64,000 nucleotides of DNA from the human T2T-CHM13v2.0 reference genome, Homo sapiens. Positions 30,545-45,334 of the stretch are shown here, piece by piece. The translations under genes were made by a program, and so were the position numbers. The notes beneath the pieces were generated by a model. That model saw only the letters and a program-made list of their open reading frames with translations, was not told the origin of the DNA and searched no databases. Each line of letters opens with the position of its first letter. The first letter of the stretch is position 1. The DNA lies in assembly GCF_009914755.1 (NCBI RefSeq), contig NC_060928.1; one strand, 5' to 3'.

Positions 30545-31890
30545 GGTTCATTGGGGAAAAAAATCAGTAAAATAAACCTCCAGACAAATCTGGCTAGCCA
30601 ATGAAGAAAAAAAGAGAAAGCACAAATTTTTAATACTAGAAATGAAAGACTGGCCATCACTACTGATCCTATGGGCATTATAAGGATAATAAAGGAATAT
30701 TATGAACATCATGCTCACAAATTTGATAACTTTAAATAAAATGGACCAATTCCTCAGAAGACACAAACTACCAAATCTCACACAAGGTAAGATAGATAAC
30801 CTCAACAGCCCTGTATCTATTAAAGAAATTAATAATTAAAAACCTTCTGAAACAGAAAGCACCAACCCAGATGATTTCCATACAATCTGTCTCTAAAAAC
30901 AGCAGCAGGGGAAATATGTCTTCACTTACTCTACGAATCCATCATTGTCCAAATATCAAACTCTGTCTGAATAGATACATCACCCAAGAAGATACATAGT
31001 GGCAACTAAGCATATGAAAAGATGCTGAATGTCATGTCATTAGGGAACTACAAATTAAGGCAATGAAATACCACTATATACCTGTTAGAATGGTTAAAAT
31101 CCAAAACACTGACATCAAATATTGGTGAGGATGTGCAGCAACAGGAACTTTCATCCATTGCTGGTGGGAATGCGAAATGGTACAGCTACCATTGAAGATA
31201 CCCTTACAGTTTCTTACAAAACTAAACATAGTCTATCAATGATGCTCCTAAATATTTACCCAAATGAGTTGAAAAAATTTGTCCACAAAAAAATTTGCCT
31301 GTGTTTATAGCAGTCTTATTCTAAATAGCCACATTTTGAAAGTGAGCAAGATGTGTTTCAATAGGTGAATGAATAAGCAAACTGTGGGTACATCTATACA
31401 ACGCAATATTATTCATCAAGAAACAGACATGAAAAGTAATAGAGGACCCTTAAATGCACATTTCTAAGTGAAAGAAGCAAATCTTTAGAAGCTACATACT
31501 GTATGATTCCAACTATATGACATTCTAAAAAAAACAAAACTTTAGAGACCATAAAAAAATTAGTGTTTGCCACAGGTTTGGGGAAGTGGAAGGTATGACT
31601 AGGTAGAGTTTAGAAGACGGTTTTTGGCAGTGATATGCACTGTGTCTGATACTATAATGATGGATCAATGACACCATGCATTTGGCAAAACCCAAAAAAC
31701 TGCACAACACATAGAGTGACCCTAATGTAAACTGTGGAATTTTGTTAATAATAATTTATCAATTGGGTTCAATAAAATATGCTAATATACAGGGACCTGA
31801 AGGCAGAGGAAAGAGAGTACATGGAAACTCTCTGTACTTTCTACTCAATTTTTTCTGTAAATTTAAAATTGCTCTAAAATATTTTAGTTA
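30545..31890 (+). mobile_element. Old L1M fragments (ORF2 piece joined to an L1MB/MC 3' end)
   Basis: catcactactgatcctatgg...atggaccaattcct...; aagcatatgaaaagatgct...gctacatactgtatgattccaactatatgacattct. Confidence 0.8.
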
Positions 31891-32114
31891 AAAAAATTAA
31901 AATCATATTATACCTTTATACTTATTTACCACAAATATTTCCCATACTCAAAGTAATTTTTGGTTAAGTATAGTCCATCAAAAAGATGCACTACAATTTA
32001 TTTAGCCAAATTCTATTACTGAATATTTAGCCTGTTTCTCCAGTCTTTGTATTACAAGCATTATGATGAATATACTCAGGTAAGTCTTTACTTCAGATAA
32101 GTATGTATCAAATA

Positions 32115-32585
<471 letters not shown>

Positions 32586-32922
32586 ACATACATATGTGAT
32601 AAGAGCTAATATAATTTGTAACTAAAAATAACATTAGATTCTCTGGCTTTAATTGTATAATATAAATAATCATCAATTCATATTAGAAAACTACCAACTT
32701 CTGAGTAAATACTAGGCCATGAGTTCCTAATAAGAAGAGAACTTACTTATGCACCTTTTATTCCTTATTGCTAATCACAGCATCTAAGACAAAATAAGCA
32801 TTCAAAATATTTCATTAAACAAATGTTATTAAAAAGTAGTTTTGTTGTCTCCATCATAGTGTTAACAGGTAGAAAACATGATATTAAGCCAAGTATATTA
32901 AATTTCAGTCAGTATTATAAGT

Positions 32923-33233
32923 CAGGGGTCAGCAAACCTTTTCCATAAACAGCCAAATAGTAAATATTTTAGGTTTTGCAAGCCATACAGTCTCTTCACA
33001 ACTACTTAATTCCATCATTATAGTATAAAAGCAGCCATAGTCAAGGAATGAGTGAGACTATGTCCAATAAAACTTTATTAACTGAAAAATTAAATTTGAA
33101 TTTCATATAATTTTCATGAAATGTTAACTTTTTTAACCATTAAAAAATGTAAGAACCATTTTTAGTTCATAAGCCATTCAAAAACAGTCAACAAGCTGGA
33201 TTTAGCCCACATGCTGTAACTTGCAAATCTCTG
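32923..33233 (+). mobile_element. MER58B (hAT-Charlie)
   Basis: caggggtcagcaaacc...ccaaatagtaaatattttagg...gtccaataaaactttat...ttgcaaatctctg. Confidence 0.8.
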
Positions 33234-36200
33234 ATACAAATAATGCCTTTGATATGTTGCCACACCTAGAGAAAAAACAGTAAGCATTTATCAGTTTCTA
33301 CAGGCCTAATGCATTGAGGTTCATGCCACATACAATCTATTCATATTTTTGTAAATATACACAGTCAGGTATATAAAATCAGATGGCCCCAACCAGATGA
33401 AAGAAACTGGCCTACCAATAAGACATAAAAGATTAACTAAGGTAGGAAATGAGTAGTTTTTGATTAAAAAGTCCTATGACACCAGAAGTGCAGTTAGGGT
33501 AGATGGAGGAGCAAGACAGGCATAGAGTACTGGGAACTCTTCTAAAAGTACACCAATGTGTGAAGTTTGTGACTTCTTGGAGACCTCACTCCAAAAAGAG
33601 AGAATAGTTATGCTTTCTTCATAAGGACAGTCATAAGACAGACTAAAGAAGATTTTGTTTCTAACAAATTAAAAATAAGCAGCACTCAAAAGTTTCTTTC
33701 AAAACCACTCAATCTGGAGGTGGTTGCGAATTAAATTCAAAAATTAAAATGTAAACCTCTCAAAACACTAGCGTGTAAGATAAAAAGTCTTTACCTTTAA
33801 AATGCTGTGCCAACGTTGATTTTTAAGGTAGTAGGATGAACTTTAGAATATATTTTTCAAGAGAAAACAGTAGGTTTGCAAACTAAAAGTATAATTAACT
33901 TAAATGTATATAATACGCATTTAATTTCATAACTAAAAAGAATTCAGGATAATATACAAGAATATACAAGAATTATATTATCCTGAAGGATGGCTGAAGA
34001 AACATCAAGCATGGGTTAAATTCTTGATTCTTTAGATTTTTCCTTTGTTCATTCGTAAACTCAGCAGAAAAACTGGTTAAACTAAAATTAGCATTGCTTA
34101 AATATTTCAGATAAAAATACTTAATTCAGTGCAAAACTATGTTAAAATAAGAAATGATTAAAATTAAGAGATTTCAGAAAAAAAGCTCTCTTAAGCCATA
34201 AGAATAATAAAACACTGGAATGGGTACATTTTGGAGTCTCCACCCTTAAAGTCGTGTTGTGTATGGCTATCATTCCATCTGACTGGTAATATATTGCTGG
34301 GATATCTTTCGTATGTACTTTCAGCTTTGTGATTCAAAACTGAATTACCCTGCTCAACATTAACAAAGACAAGCAGAAAACTTCTATCACCACTATCACT
34401 TCCTTAACTTAAAACATGTATTTATACAAAAGAGAGAAGGATCCTTAGAGATACTTTGTGTCTCAATAGAATGGAAAGTACCATAGTACGGTGGAAAGTA
34501 GCAACAGCACATAAAACTGACCAGATAGAAGATCCAGAAATAGCTCAATCAAAAACCAAAGCAGAAAATCTAAACCAACACTACTCATTTTGTAAATGAA
34601 TTGTACTATAACATTTCAGATATATCTACAAAAATGTTCTCTCCTTGTGCTCTACATTTCCAAGCAAGCTATAAAACAGCTAACCTGTTTATGTGGTATT
34701 GCAATTACATCACAGATCAAAAGCTTCCAAGAGTATCTGAGCTAGAGCCTTTGGAAGAGAAGGCTATAATAAATAACAAACAATCTAATGTAAAATATAA
34801 AACTCTGAATACACAAGGTAGTATTTCTTGGAGTGGCAATCCAAGTTCCACGCTGCCTGTATCATGAGAAATAGAACATAACAGCTGCAAACCTGTAACC
34901 TACATTGCCAGACAGCAGCCAGGAGCCCAAGGGCTTCAATGGGCAATAAAGGCACTTTTGAGCACTGACCAGTTGCTACGAATACAAGGTTTAATGCCAT
35001 ATCCTTGTCTTCAAGGTTTGAGAACCTCAAAGGCCTTAAAGCTGTTGCAATACATTTAAGATAATCCACAAGTTCTCTAAAAACCTCATGGGAAAGACTG
35101 AAAACATGCTATGTTCCTATATTCTTGCAAGATCCCATTCCCTTCCCAAGGACAGTTTAAGAAAACACAGGTTATATGTCAAAGAAAGTGTTTATACATA
35201 TGAGAACCCAAATAAAATTCTATTTCCTTTATGGTTCTGTAATTTATAATATTGGATAAAGTTCATCTGATATTCCACACTAGCATTACACATATAATAT
35301 GATCAAAATGACTGGAAAAACTAATTGTTGGTAAAAATAGATAACGCTCTAAGGGAGGTCTCAGCCATAGACCTCCCTTTCCAATACTGGTAAGAGTTTC
35401 AGTAAGAAAAATACGAAGTGTGCTATTTAAAAGTTTCATAATTTTCATATTTTAAAAATTATATAACACATGTTTGATTTTGGAAAAAGCCACATATATA
35501 AAAGGAAACCATAACTATCCATAATCCATATTTCAAATATAACCACGACAAACATTTTGGTGTCTTTTCTTTCTAGTCTAAAATATACACACTTTTCTCG
35601 TTTTTGTTTTGTTTACAAAAATAGAATGAGTCAATATACAGTATATATACACTGCACTTGCTTTTCTTCAGTCTAACAATTCTTCCACATCATTAATAAA
35701 CTCAACAACATAACTGTTAATATCTGCATATATCCGAATTATAAATATAAAATATTAAATAGCCCCTTTTTAAATACATAATAGCAAAAAAAAAACACTA
35801 GAAACAGCTTTGAATGACCTATAATGAGCAGCCTTATACAGAATACATCTTTTGCATACTTATTTGATTATTTTCTTGTGATACCTAAAAATACAGTGTA
35901 GTTATGTGTTTTTTTTTGGCTTTGAATATTTATTGATAAAACTGCTTCTTTTAGAATGGCTGTACTAGTAATACTTAGGAGCTCAAAATTGCATTAATAC
36001 ACAAAAAATCCTTTTCCCAACCATACTTTAAAAGCATTAGATTTTATCATTAAAAATACTTTCAATCTGATAGTAAACTTGTTCTTTGGCCTAAACTGTA
36101 TAAAATATAATGATAATTAAAAAATTTATAAGCAGTATGTAACACTTTGGGAACATCCTAAAATAATAAATTGTACTCAATATTTAAAATTTATATTAAG

Positions 36201-37149
36201 AAATTAAGAAAATCTTTTAAGTTACTACTTAGTAATATCCCTTGGATATGATAGTTGAAAAAAAATCAAAGCAGGTCACGCCTAATAAGAAATGTATTCA
36301 TGTTAAGTTAAAAAAATTTTTTTAATTGATCAAATATTAGCATCATTGCTACAATACCACTACCAAGGACACTTCTCCTTTGAACAATAGCAAAAAAGGC
36401 TCTATTTAATTTTGAAAACTATGCCAGTGAAGAGACAAGTTTATAGGTTAGAAATATGTTGACCTTACAGGTTTAGGTGACTAAAGTGACTGCCAAACTC
36501 AGTAAAACTAGAAAAAATTAATCTCCTGACTTCTACTCAATATTTTCTATAAATTCCTCATTTAAAAAATGTTTTACAACTCTAGCTCTTCAGATATTAG
36601 AAAGACATGTCCTAACAAAAACAAATAAAAGGAGTCAATATATTAGTTCACTTAGCCATTGTTTCTTCCTTCCCAATATTCACGTGTTTCACTAAGACAA
36701 ATATTAAAAGAACAAACAAAAGTAAAAATGGGTGATAGCTTTTTAGAAGGCAATTATTCAATTGAACATTTAAATTGAATCAATTAAATAATTCAATTAA
36801 AGTTTAATAATTTGATTAAGCAATTACCTAACTCAATTTAATTAACATTTATTTATTTAAATCTTATTTAAGAGTAAGTTAGGGCGTAGAATCAATAAAA
36901 CAACAAAAATTAAATTACACCATTGACCTCCAAACAAGCTTTATTTTCTATTTTGATTTAGTATATAAAATTTTTTAAAAATATGGTATGTAATAAAAAT
37001 ATCTGGATTACTTTATTAATTTTAAAATATTTTCTAATTAAATTGGATCATAAATTCATGTTTAATATAAAGTTAGTATAGAACAACAATTTTTCATTTG
37101 TTAAATAGGATGGGAAATGACAACTTTTAAATAAAATTTTAAAAATTAC

Positions 37150-37215
37150 CTTCAAATAAACTGAGGTCTCTTCGTAGCCGTGGTCCATAAAGCCCTTCTA
37201 AAATACTCTCAAAAC
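37150..37215 (-). CDS. LCORL: LCORL coding exon (probable exon 2), 66 nt, phase 1 to 1
   Basis: acacag|GTTTTGAG...TTTGAAG|gtaatt; (G)[21 protein letters not shown], in frame with the next two exons. Confidence 0.96.
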
Positions 37216-39732
37216 CTGTGTTTTTAGAGAGAGAAAAGTATATTAACTACTAGAAAAGTTACATTTTACAATTTAAAGTCATAAACTCTGTATCAATCAG
37301 CAAATTAATTTAACATACCATAAATATTTTTCCTCTAGCTGCATTAAACTGAAGTAGGCAATATACAACATAACAGTCACACAATGACTACCAGAAATTA
37401 CATGACTGTAAAGAAATTAAAATATCAAAATGGAAATATTCACTACTAAAACAACTAAACAACTTTATCATTTATAAGTATTCCTGGGTAAAATATTATG
37501 GGCAGATTTTGTATGTAATAATCTTGCAGAGAGGGGAAGAATAATTAGAAGACACATAATTGTTTATGTTTGTTTTAAAAAAGTAAACATGAAAAATAGC
37601 ATCTTTAACATCAATTACAAGAATGAGTAAATGAGGGTCAATAGGGAGAAATCTTTCTGTTAAACATATGATGTATAAAATTTAAACCTACTTGTAAAAA
37701 TCAAAACACAACAATTTGGTCATTGCTATAGACTGCCCTAAATTTTAGGTAAAAAAAATTACTGAAAATCTTACCAAGTTAACAAAACCCTAGTTTATGC
37801 ATTTCCCAAGTATTCCACTTTCTGGATATACTAGTTTTAAGATTTTACAATTTTCAACTTTGAAGTCTGTAACATATTTAATTTTAAGCAACAATCAACT
37901 ACAGACATCCAAAAAAAAATATGATCCTGATGGCAAAATAATTGAGAAGCTAAGAAAAGGAAATAATGTAAGCCGTGTGTGGATTTGGGAGGAAAAAACT
38001 AAACATGGCATGACAGACCCTATAAATCAAAGAAAAAGTAGATTTTCTCAGTGGTATTCCTAAAATGTAAAACATTATTAATACTTCTATAGAAATATTT
38101 CATAAGTTATAAGATGCTTTTGAAAAACATTAACATCTCCAAAATCAAGACTCATCTTAGAATCTACTGTCATAGTAAAAAACTAGCCACAGTTTTTCAT
38201 TTAATAAAACATGAACTACTGATGCATCCTACAACTAATAATGTCTTAGATTTCACAAAGTAAGGTAGCTATCATGATACTTGGTAAATATGTAATGAAA
38301 TAAAATCTTCTGTGAAATGACAGTACTAGTTCCCATGAGTAGAAATTTCCTGGTAAAAAAGTGAATGAACTACCTACTACTCGAGCAAGCTATCATACTG
38401 GGTAGAGACTCAGACAGATTAAGCCCAAATCCTTCTATAGAAGGGTTATTCTATTTTAGAGTAGAAGATACTCTATTTTTCTGTCATCAACGTGCTTCAG
38501 AAATATTACTGCACTTGTGAGCATCTGTTGCTGATAACATAGTTCCTAAGACTGATCAAAAGTGTATTAGTTGGTCTCATTATAGTCTTCATGCTACTAT
38601 CTCTCTTCCGCATTTTATGTCTCTTTAGCTTTCTTTACTGCATTTTAGTTAACTTCTTCTACTATCTATTCCACTTCATGAAATTCTTATGGTTCAATCT
38701 GCTGACAAATACATCTTTTTGTTTAAAAAAAGTCAACTTTATTGAGGTATAATTTTCATACAAGGTATCCATTTTAAAAATAAAGTTCAGTAACTTCTGA
38801 AAATCCATACTTTCATTTTGCCAAGAACACAACCAAGACAGAAACTATTTCCATCAACTCAAATGGTACCCTTGTGCCCTTCTGAGTAATCACCTGGAAC
38901 ATTCCAAAGCCCATTCCAAAGCATCTTTTCTCCTGTAATGGTTTTATTTGGTTTTGGTAACAGAGTAATGCTGGCCTCATAAAGCAAACTGGGAAATGAT
39001 CCAAACTTCACCATTTTTTGAGTTTGTGTATTATAATATTTATTAATTATTAGTCAGACTTGGAGCTCTCTTTGTGGTAAAATTTTAATCATAAGCCCAG
39101 TTTTTAAAAATCAGTAAAAAACTATTTAGGCTATCGATTTCTTATTAATTCAGTTTTGGTAATTTGTATAAATTACAGCACTTATTGGCAAAAAAGTTGC
39201 TCAAAAGATTCTTTTAATACCTTTCACCATCTGAAGAATCTGTAGTTGTGTCCCTCTTTCATTCCTGGTATCAGTTTAGGTATCGTCTCTCCTTTTTCAC
39301 TGATTACTTGACTAAAAATTGAGTAATTTTATTGATCTTTTTACAAAAGATCAATTTTTGGTTTTAATTATTTTCTTTCTTGATCACTCATTTTCTATGT
39401 TTTTCATTTCTGCCCTTTCCTCTTTATATCCTTCTAATTATTTTTTATTTTCACTGAAACTTATTTTTCTAAGTTTTTAAGGTGGAAGCCTAGATCACTT
39501 ATTTGAGACCTTTGTTCTTTTCCAATAAAAGCATTTAAAGCTATAAATTCCCCTCTATTCACTACAATAGCTCTATCCCATAAACTGTGATATATTCTTT
39601 ATTTTCATTTAGTTCAAATTGTTTATAATTTCCCTTATGATGTCTTATTTTACACATAGGATATAAATGTGTTGCTTAATTTCAAATATTTAGGTATTAT
39701 TCAGAAATCTTTCTCTTTGCTGAATTCTTTTG

Positions 39733-40025
39733 TTTTTTTTTTTGAGACAGAGTCTTGCTCTGTCACTCAGGCTGGAGTGCAGTGGCGTGATCTCGGCTCA
39801 TTGCAACCTCCACCTCCTGGGTACATGCGAATTCTCCTGCCTCAGCCTCCTGAGGAGCTAGGACTAAAGGCACATGCCATCACGCCCGGCTATTTTTGTA
39901 TTTTTAGTAGAGATGAGGTTTCACCATGTTGGCCAGGCTGGTCTCAAACTCCTGACCTCAGGTGATCCATCCATCTCAGCCTCCCAAAGTGCTGGGATTA
40001 CAGACGTGAGCCACTGGGCCCAGCC
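39733..40025 (-). mobile_element. AluS
   Basis: Full dimeric Alu on the reverse strand. Confidence 0.93.
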
Positions 40026-41278
40026 TGTTATTGAAATGTACAAGATTCTTTGTGGTTGCAAAACATGTAAGATTACAGTCATTGTAAATTTCCTGACACT
40101 GAATTTATGGATAGCATATGATATACACTGGTGAATATTCCATGTAACACGGAAAAGAATATGTGTCTGTAGTTACTGGGAGGAATGTACTATAAATGTT
40201 AATTAAGATTTAGCTGATTGATAATGTTCTTTGGGTCTTTTATCTCTCATGATTTTCTGTCTTTTCTCCTTTTCTGCCAATTTTGATGCTCTGTTATTGG
40301 GTACATTTATATTGCATATTTTTATGTCCCCTTTGTGAATTGATATCATCATTATAAAATGCTCCTCCTTGTCCTTGTTCTATTGTGTCTACTGTTATAT
40401 CAGCTACACCAACTTTCTTATGATAAGCAGCATTTTCATTATGTATTTTTTTCCAATTGTTTAACTTTTAACCTGTCTTTATATTCAAATTGAGTTTCTT
40501 GTGGACAATAGAGTTGAATCTTGCATTTTTATTCAGTCTGAAAATATCTGTTTTTTGAGGACAGTGTTTTAGACCATTAAAATTGAATGTATTTATTAAA
40601 ATAGTTGGATTTATATCTACCATCTAATTTGCTATTTATTTCCTCTGTTATACATTCCTCCCCATTCTCCACTCCACAACATTATTTTAAGTTAAATGAG
40701 AAGTTTGTAGTATTCCATTTTGTTGCCACCATAAACTTAATAGCCATACCTCTTCTAGTTTTTTTAGGGCTTGTCCTAAGGTTTACAATATTCATTTTAG
40801 CTTTTCACCATCTACTTTAAAACATTATAGTACCACTTAGTATGTAATGTAAGAATCAATACATAGAATGTAATATAAGGATCAAATCTCATTATATATA
40901 ACTTACTTAAAAACATTTTAAATATATTAAAACATTAGAAAGTCTTTTAAATTTACTCACAATGTCACTTTTTTGTGTTTGTAGACCTATGCTTAAAGAT
41001 CTACTAGCTACCATTTTTCCTAAAAGACAAAATCATTTGTCTCAATTTTTTAAAAAATGTTGTTTTGAGTATAAAGTTGTAGGTTGACAGTTTTGGTACA
41101 CTGAAGATGTGCTTTCACCGTCTAGTGGTTTGCATAGTTGCTGGCAAGTTTACAATCTTTCTTTCCTCTGTTCCTCTGTACTTCGTAATGTGCCTTTTTC
41201 TGACTGCTTTTAAGATTTTCTTTTTACCATTGATTTTCAGCAGTTTCATGATTATGTGTCTTGGCATGGTTTTCTTTG

Positions 41279-41347
41279 TTGAGCTCACTAAATCTGCGGA
41301 ATTATTTTGATTATTGAGCTCACTAAATCTGCAGAACTATTTTGATT
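41279..41347. repeat. 35-bp-period tandem duplication
   Basis: ttgagctcactaaatctgc(g/a)gaa(t/c)tattttgatt at 41279-41312 and 41314-41347. Confidence 0.9.
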
Positions 41348-42643
41348 TCTATGGCAGATTAGTTTCTATTTTCTAGACTTTCATGAGAATCGAATCTTAC
41401 AGAACAGACTCTCTTTTGTGGGGGCTGGTCTTTTTCACTCAATAGAATAATTTTTAGCTTTCTCTGTATTGTTGCTGGTTATCACCAGTTTATTTCTCAG
41501 TATATTCCATTATATTAGATATACTACAATTTTTAATCTATTCAGAAGTTGGTGGATATACGTTTTCATTTTTCTTGTGTAAATAATTAACAGTGTAATT
41601 GTAGGGTTACAAAGTAGGGTTACATTTAGTTGTTTAAGAAACCAAACTGTTTTCAAAGTTATTGTTATCATTTTACATTTCTGCCATCTGCCATCCATGT
41701 ATGAAAGTTACCATGGCTGATTCACATCCCAATCACCACTTGGTTAGTTGTGTTTTTCTTTTGCTTTCTTCTAAAAAAATAATAATAAAAAACAGTGATT
41801 TGTAGAAAACATTCTAATGTCTTCATGTCTCCACGTGGTTTTAATTTGTATTTCCCTATTGACCATCTTTTCACAGGCTTACTTCAGATACCTCTGTTCA
41901 AATCATTTGCAAAATTTTTAACTGGGTTGTCAGACATTTTATTACAGCATTATAACAGCCTTTCCTATTTTGTTTTAAAATATATTCTGGATACAATTCC
42001 TTTGTCTAATAATATATGTTGTGAATATTTCTCCTAGTCTATCATTTGCATTTTTGTTTTCTTAGTGGTGTTTCCCAAAGAACAACAGTTGTTAATTTTG
42101 ATGATTAATTTACCCAGTTTTTTCTTTACAGTGGTTTTTCTGCTCTAACAATCATTTTCTTTATCCCAAGGATGCAAAGGCTTTCTCCTAAAAGTTATAG
42201 AGATTTAAATTTTACATTTAGGTCTGTGGCCCATTTTGATCACTTTTTGTGGATGGTGTGAAATGACTGATCTTTTTTTTGTTTCTGTATTGGTATCTAT
42301 TTGATGCAGCAAACTATTTGTTTCTACCCTAAATCCTCCATTTCCCTCTTATGTTCATGTTACCTTTTTAGTCCTTGAACATAACTTAGCAAACTTTAAT
42401 AGCAGTTTTAGTATACTTCTTTGCAATTTCGATCATCAATTATTTCTGGTTCTACTTCTACTGATGTTCTCCCAATTACGAATCGTATTTTTCTGCTTTT
42501 TTGCATATCTAATACTTTTGCTTGAATGCCAGACATTGTGAATTTTACATTGTGAGTGCTGGGTTCCCCATTTTTTAAAGGGAGTCAGACCATGTTTATT
42601 CAGGAAGGTAAGTTACTTAAAGTTCATTTTGAGGTTGTTAAGG

Positions 42644-42925
42644 GGCTGGGCACAGTGGCTCATGCCTGTAATACCAAGAACTTGAGAGGGTGAGGTTAAG
42701 AAGATCACTTGAGACCAAGAGTTTGAGACTAGCATGGCCAACAAAGCAAGACCCCTTCTCTACAAAAACATCTAAACAACTGGCCCAGAGTGGTGGCACA
42801 CACCTGTAGTCTCAGCTAATTGGGTGGCTGAAGTGGAGGAATGCTTGAGCCAGAAATTGGAGTCTGAAGTGAGCTATGATCACATCACCATAGAGCAAGA
42901 CCTTGTCTCAAAAAAAAAAAAAAAA
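42644..42925 (+). mobile_element. AluJ
   Basis: Diverged Alu with gtgagctatgatc, gaccttgtctc and A-tail. Confidence 0.88.
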
Positions 42926-43232
42926 GTTTAGCTTTCTTGGCTTCAATGACTGCTTTCACTTTGGGTGGTGGGAACTTGAATAATGATTGCCAGCCCTATA
43001 TAAGTTCTGAAAATTGTTTACATTATAGGTTCCAGAAACTGCTTTCCCAAAGGTGTTATTTGTCAGGTTTTATGGATGTCACCCTACACACACGAACTGG
43101 TTTTCAGCCAGATTCAAGGGCACTGCATGCTGATTTCTTGAGCTCTTTCTCTCTGCAGCTCTCTCCGTTCTGGTACAATGCCCTCATAAATTCCGGCCAC
43201 TCACAATACACTAAAGGCAGATCTCTGCCTTC

Positions 43233-43489
43233 TTTTTTTTATTTTTTATTTTTTATTATTATACTTTAAGTTTTAGGGTACATGTGCACAACTTGCAGGT
43301 TTGTTACATATGTATACATGTGCCATGTTGGCGTGCTGCACGCATTAGGTATATCTCCTAATGCTATCCCTCCCCCATTGCCCCACCCCACAACAGGCCC
43401 CAGTGTGTTATGTTCCCCTTCCTGTGTCCATGTGTTCTCATTGTTCAATTCCCACCTATGAGTGAGAACATGCGGTGTTTGGTTTTTTG
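43233..43489 (-). mobile_element. Young L1PA (PA2-5-like) 3' end, ~260 bp
   Basis: ttattatactttaagttttagggtacatgtgcacaac...cccacctatgagtgagaacatgcggtgtttgg; TSD tgccttctt at 43226-43234 and 43488-43496. Confidence 0.92.
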
Positions 43490-44079
43490 CCTTCTTAAGT
43501 CAGCAAGCCCACTGGGCTCTTTTTAGGCCAACCCTGCCTGTGCTATAATCTGCAAATTACCTACAGGCAAAAAAGCTGGCATGATCATATGGCCTAAATC
43601 ATTAGTTTCCTTCTTCTCAGGGACCAGTTTTGTGCTCCCTGTTTTCCACTGTCTGTGCATATATGGTCCAGTTTCCTAGCTGTCTACAGGAGAAGATAAG
43701 TCCAAACTCTATTACTTCCTCATGCACAGAGGTGGACGTTCATCCTCTGACTTGTTAATCTCAGCAATTTATACAAGCTTTATTCTGTTATTTTTGAAAA
43801 CTTAAAAACTTTTTAATAGCTCTCCATACCTTACAGATATTCAGGTCTATAATTTATTTCTTTAAATATGAAATATTTTAAAATCAGTGTTAAAAAATTA
43901 AATTGGTATCTAATCATTTCAATACTTTTTCTTGAATAAGTCTGTTTCTGCAGTCTGATGCGTCTTGCTCATCTTGCCCTGTTTCTTCATGCAATTAATT
44001 CAGTACTTACTGGCTTTTGCCCTCAAAAGATCAAATTCCCTAAGGCCTAGAATGGAAGTGCTCTCCTCCAGAGAGTTCT

Positions 44080-44528
44080 AATACCCAGTACCCTTGAGCA
44101 AACTATGCTACATGGCAAGGGGGAAACAGGCTGCAGATGGAATTAAGGTTGTTTATCAGCTGACCTTAAAATAAGATTATCCTGGTGGATTCTACATAAT
44201 CACAAGGGTCCTTAAATTGGGAAGGAGGCAGAGGAGTCAGAAAAAGAGAGATGAAATTGTGAGAAAGAATCAACCAACCACTGCTGGCTTTGGAAATAAA
44301 AGAAGACCTCATGCCATGGAATGCCAGCAGCCTGTAAAAGCTGGGAAATGCAGGAAATTTGATTCTGGCCTAGAGCTTTCATAAAGGAAGACGGCCCTGC
44401 CTACAGTTTGATATTAGCCCAGTGAGACCCATTTCAGATCTCTGACCTCCAGAACTATAAGATACTAAATTTGTCACGTGCCACTAAACTTGTGGTATTC
44501 GTTACAACACTAATAGGAAACTCATACC
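44080..44528 (+). mobile_element. MLT1D-like LTR
   Basis: tacatggcaaggg...gcagatggaattaaggtt...agcccagtgagacccatttcagatctctgacctccagaact. Confidence 0.8.
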
Positions 44529-45012
44529 TGCTTCAAACTAATTTCATGGCTTGAAGTTCCTTGATTGACTCAGGGTACAGATCTACTAGAGGGCTGGTCT
44601 GTGGCAAATTCAATATTTGATATTCTTCTACCTTTACTTTTCTTGTCCCGCTCTGATCATCACCAAAGCAAACTTCTGGGACTGGAGAAAGGCAAGATGA
44701 TTTAGACTGACTTGCTTTTATTCTAAAGCATAACTCTTTGATGTCACAGCTTAACGTAAAGACAATCTCCCATAGAATTATTTGGACAGGCTATTGCCCT
44801 AGAATTGTGATCCTCTTGTTTAAACAGCCATGAAAACACAAATACGTGGTACTCACAAAGACTTCGAGCTTAAGCAGCTTTTTACCTCTGATTTTCTACT
44901 TATCTCTAAAATTAGCTTGGGTATTCTCAACTGCCTTTTTAACTCTTAGCCATTTTTAACTTTTTAAAAATCCAGCACTTTTCATTGTTTTTAGAAGAAA
45001 GGTTGATTCAGA

Positions 45013-45334
45013 GCAGGAGTCCCCAATCCCCAGGGCCATGGACCAGTACCAGTCTGTGGCCTGTTAGGAAAGGGACCACACAGCAGGAGGTGAGCAGCGG
45101 GCAAGCGAGCATTACCTCCTGAGCTGTGGCTCCTGTTAGATCAGATTCTCACAGGAGCGTGAGCCCTATTATCAACTGTACTTGTGAGGTATTCTGGGTT
45201 GTATACTCCTTATGAGAATCTAATGCCTAACGATCTGAGGGGGAACAGGTTCATCCCAAAACCATGCCCCTGTCCATGGAAAAATTGTCTTTCACAAAAC
45301 TGGTCCCTGGTGCCAAAAAGATTAGGGACCACTG
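45013..45334 (+). mobile_element. MER1B
   Basis: caggagtccccaatcccc...ggtccctggtgccaaaaagattagggaccactg; same family and orientation as 7100-7443. Confidence 0.85.

Larger units (their letters stand above)
38730..42640 (-). mobile_element. Cluster of old L1M fragments
   Basis: T-rich reverse L1 motifs: aactttattgaggtataat, gtaatgctggcctcata, aagcatttaaagctataaattccc, ttttacatttaggtct. Confidence 0.75.

Noticed and set aside
34785-35100. 94-aa minus-strand ORF in unique-looking sequence near a ttttcag acceptor
   Set aside because: No recognisable homology, a poor polypyrimidine tract and no convincing donor.
36750-36870. Quasi-periodic caatt/aattaa tract near exon 2
   Set aside because: Low-complexity AT-rich sequence without a stable unit; no function can be supported.
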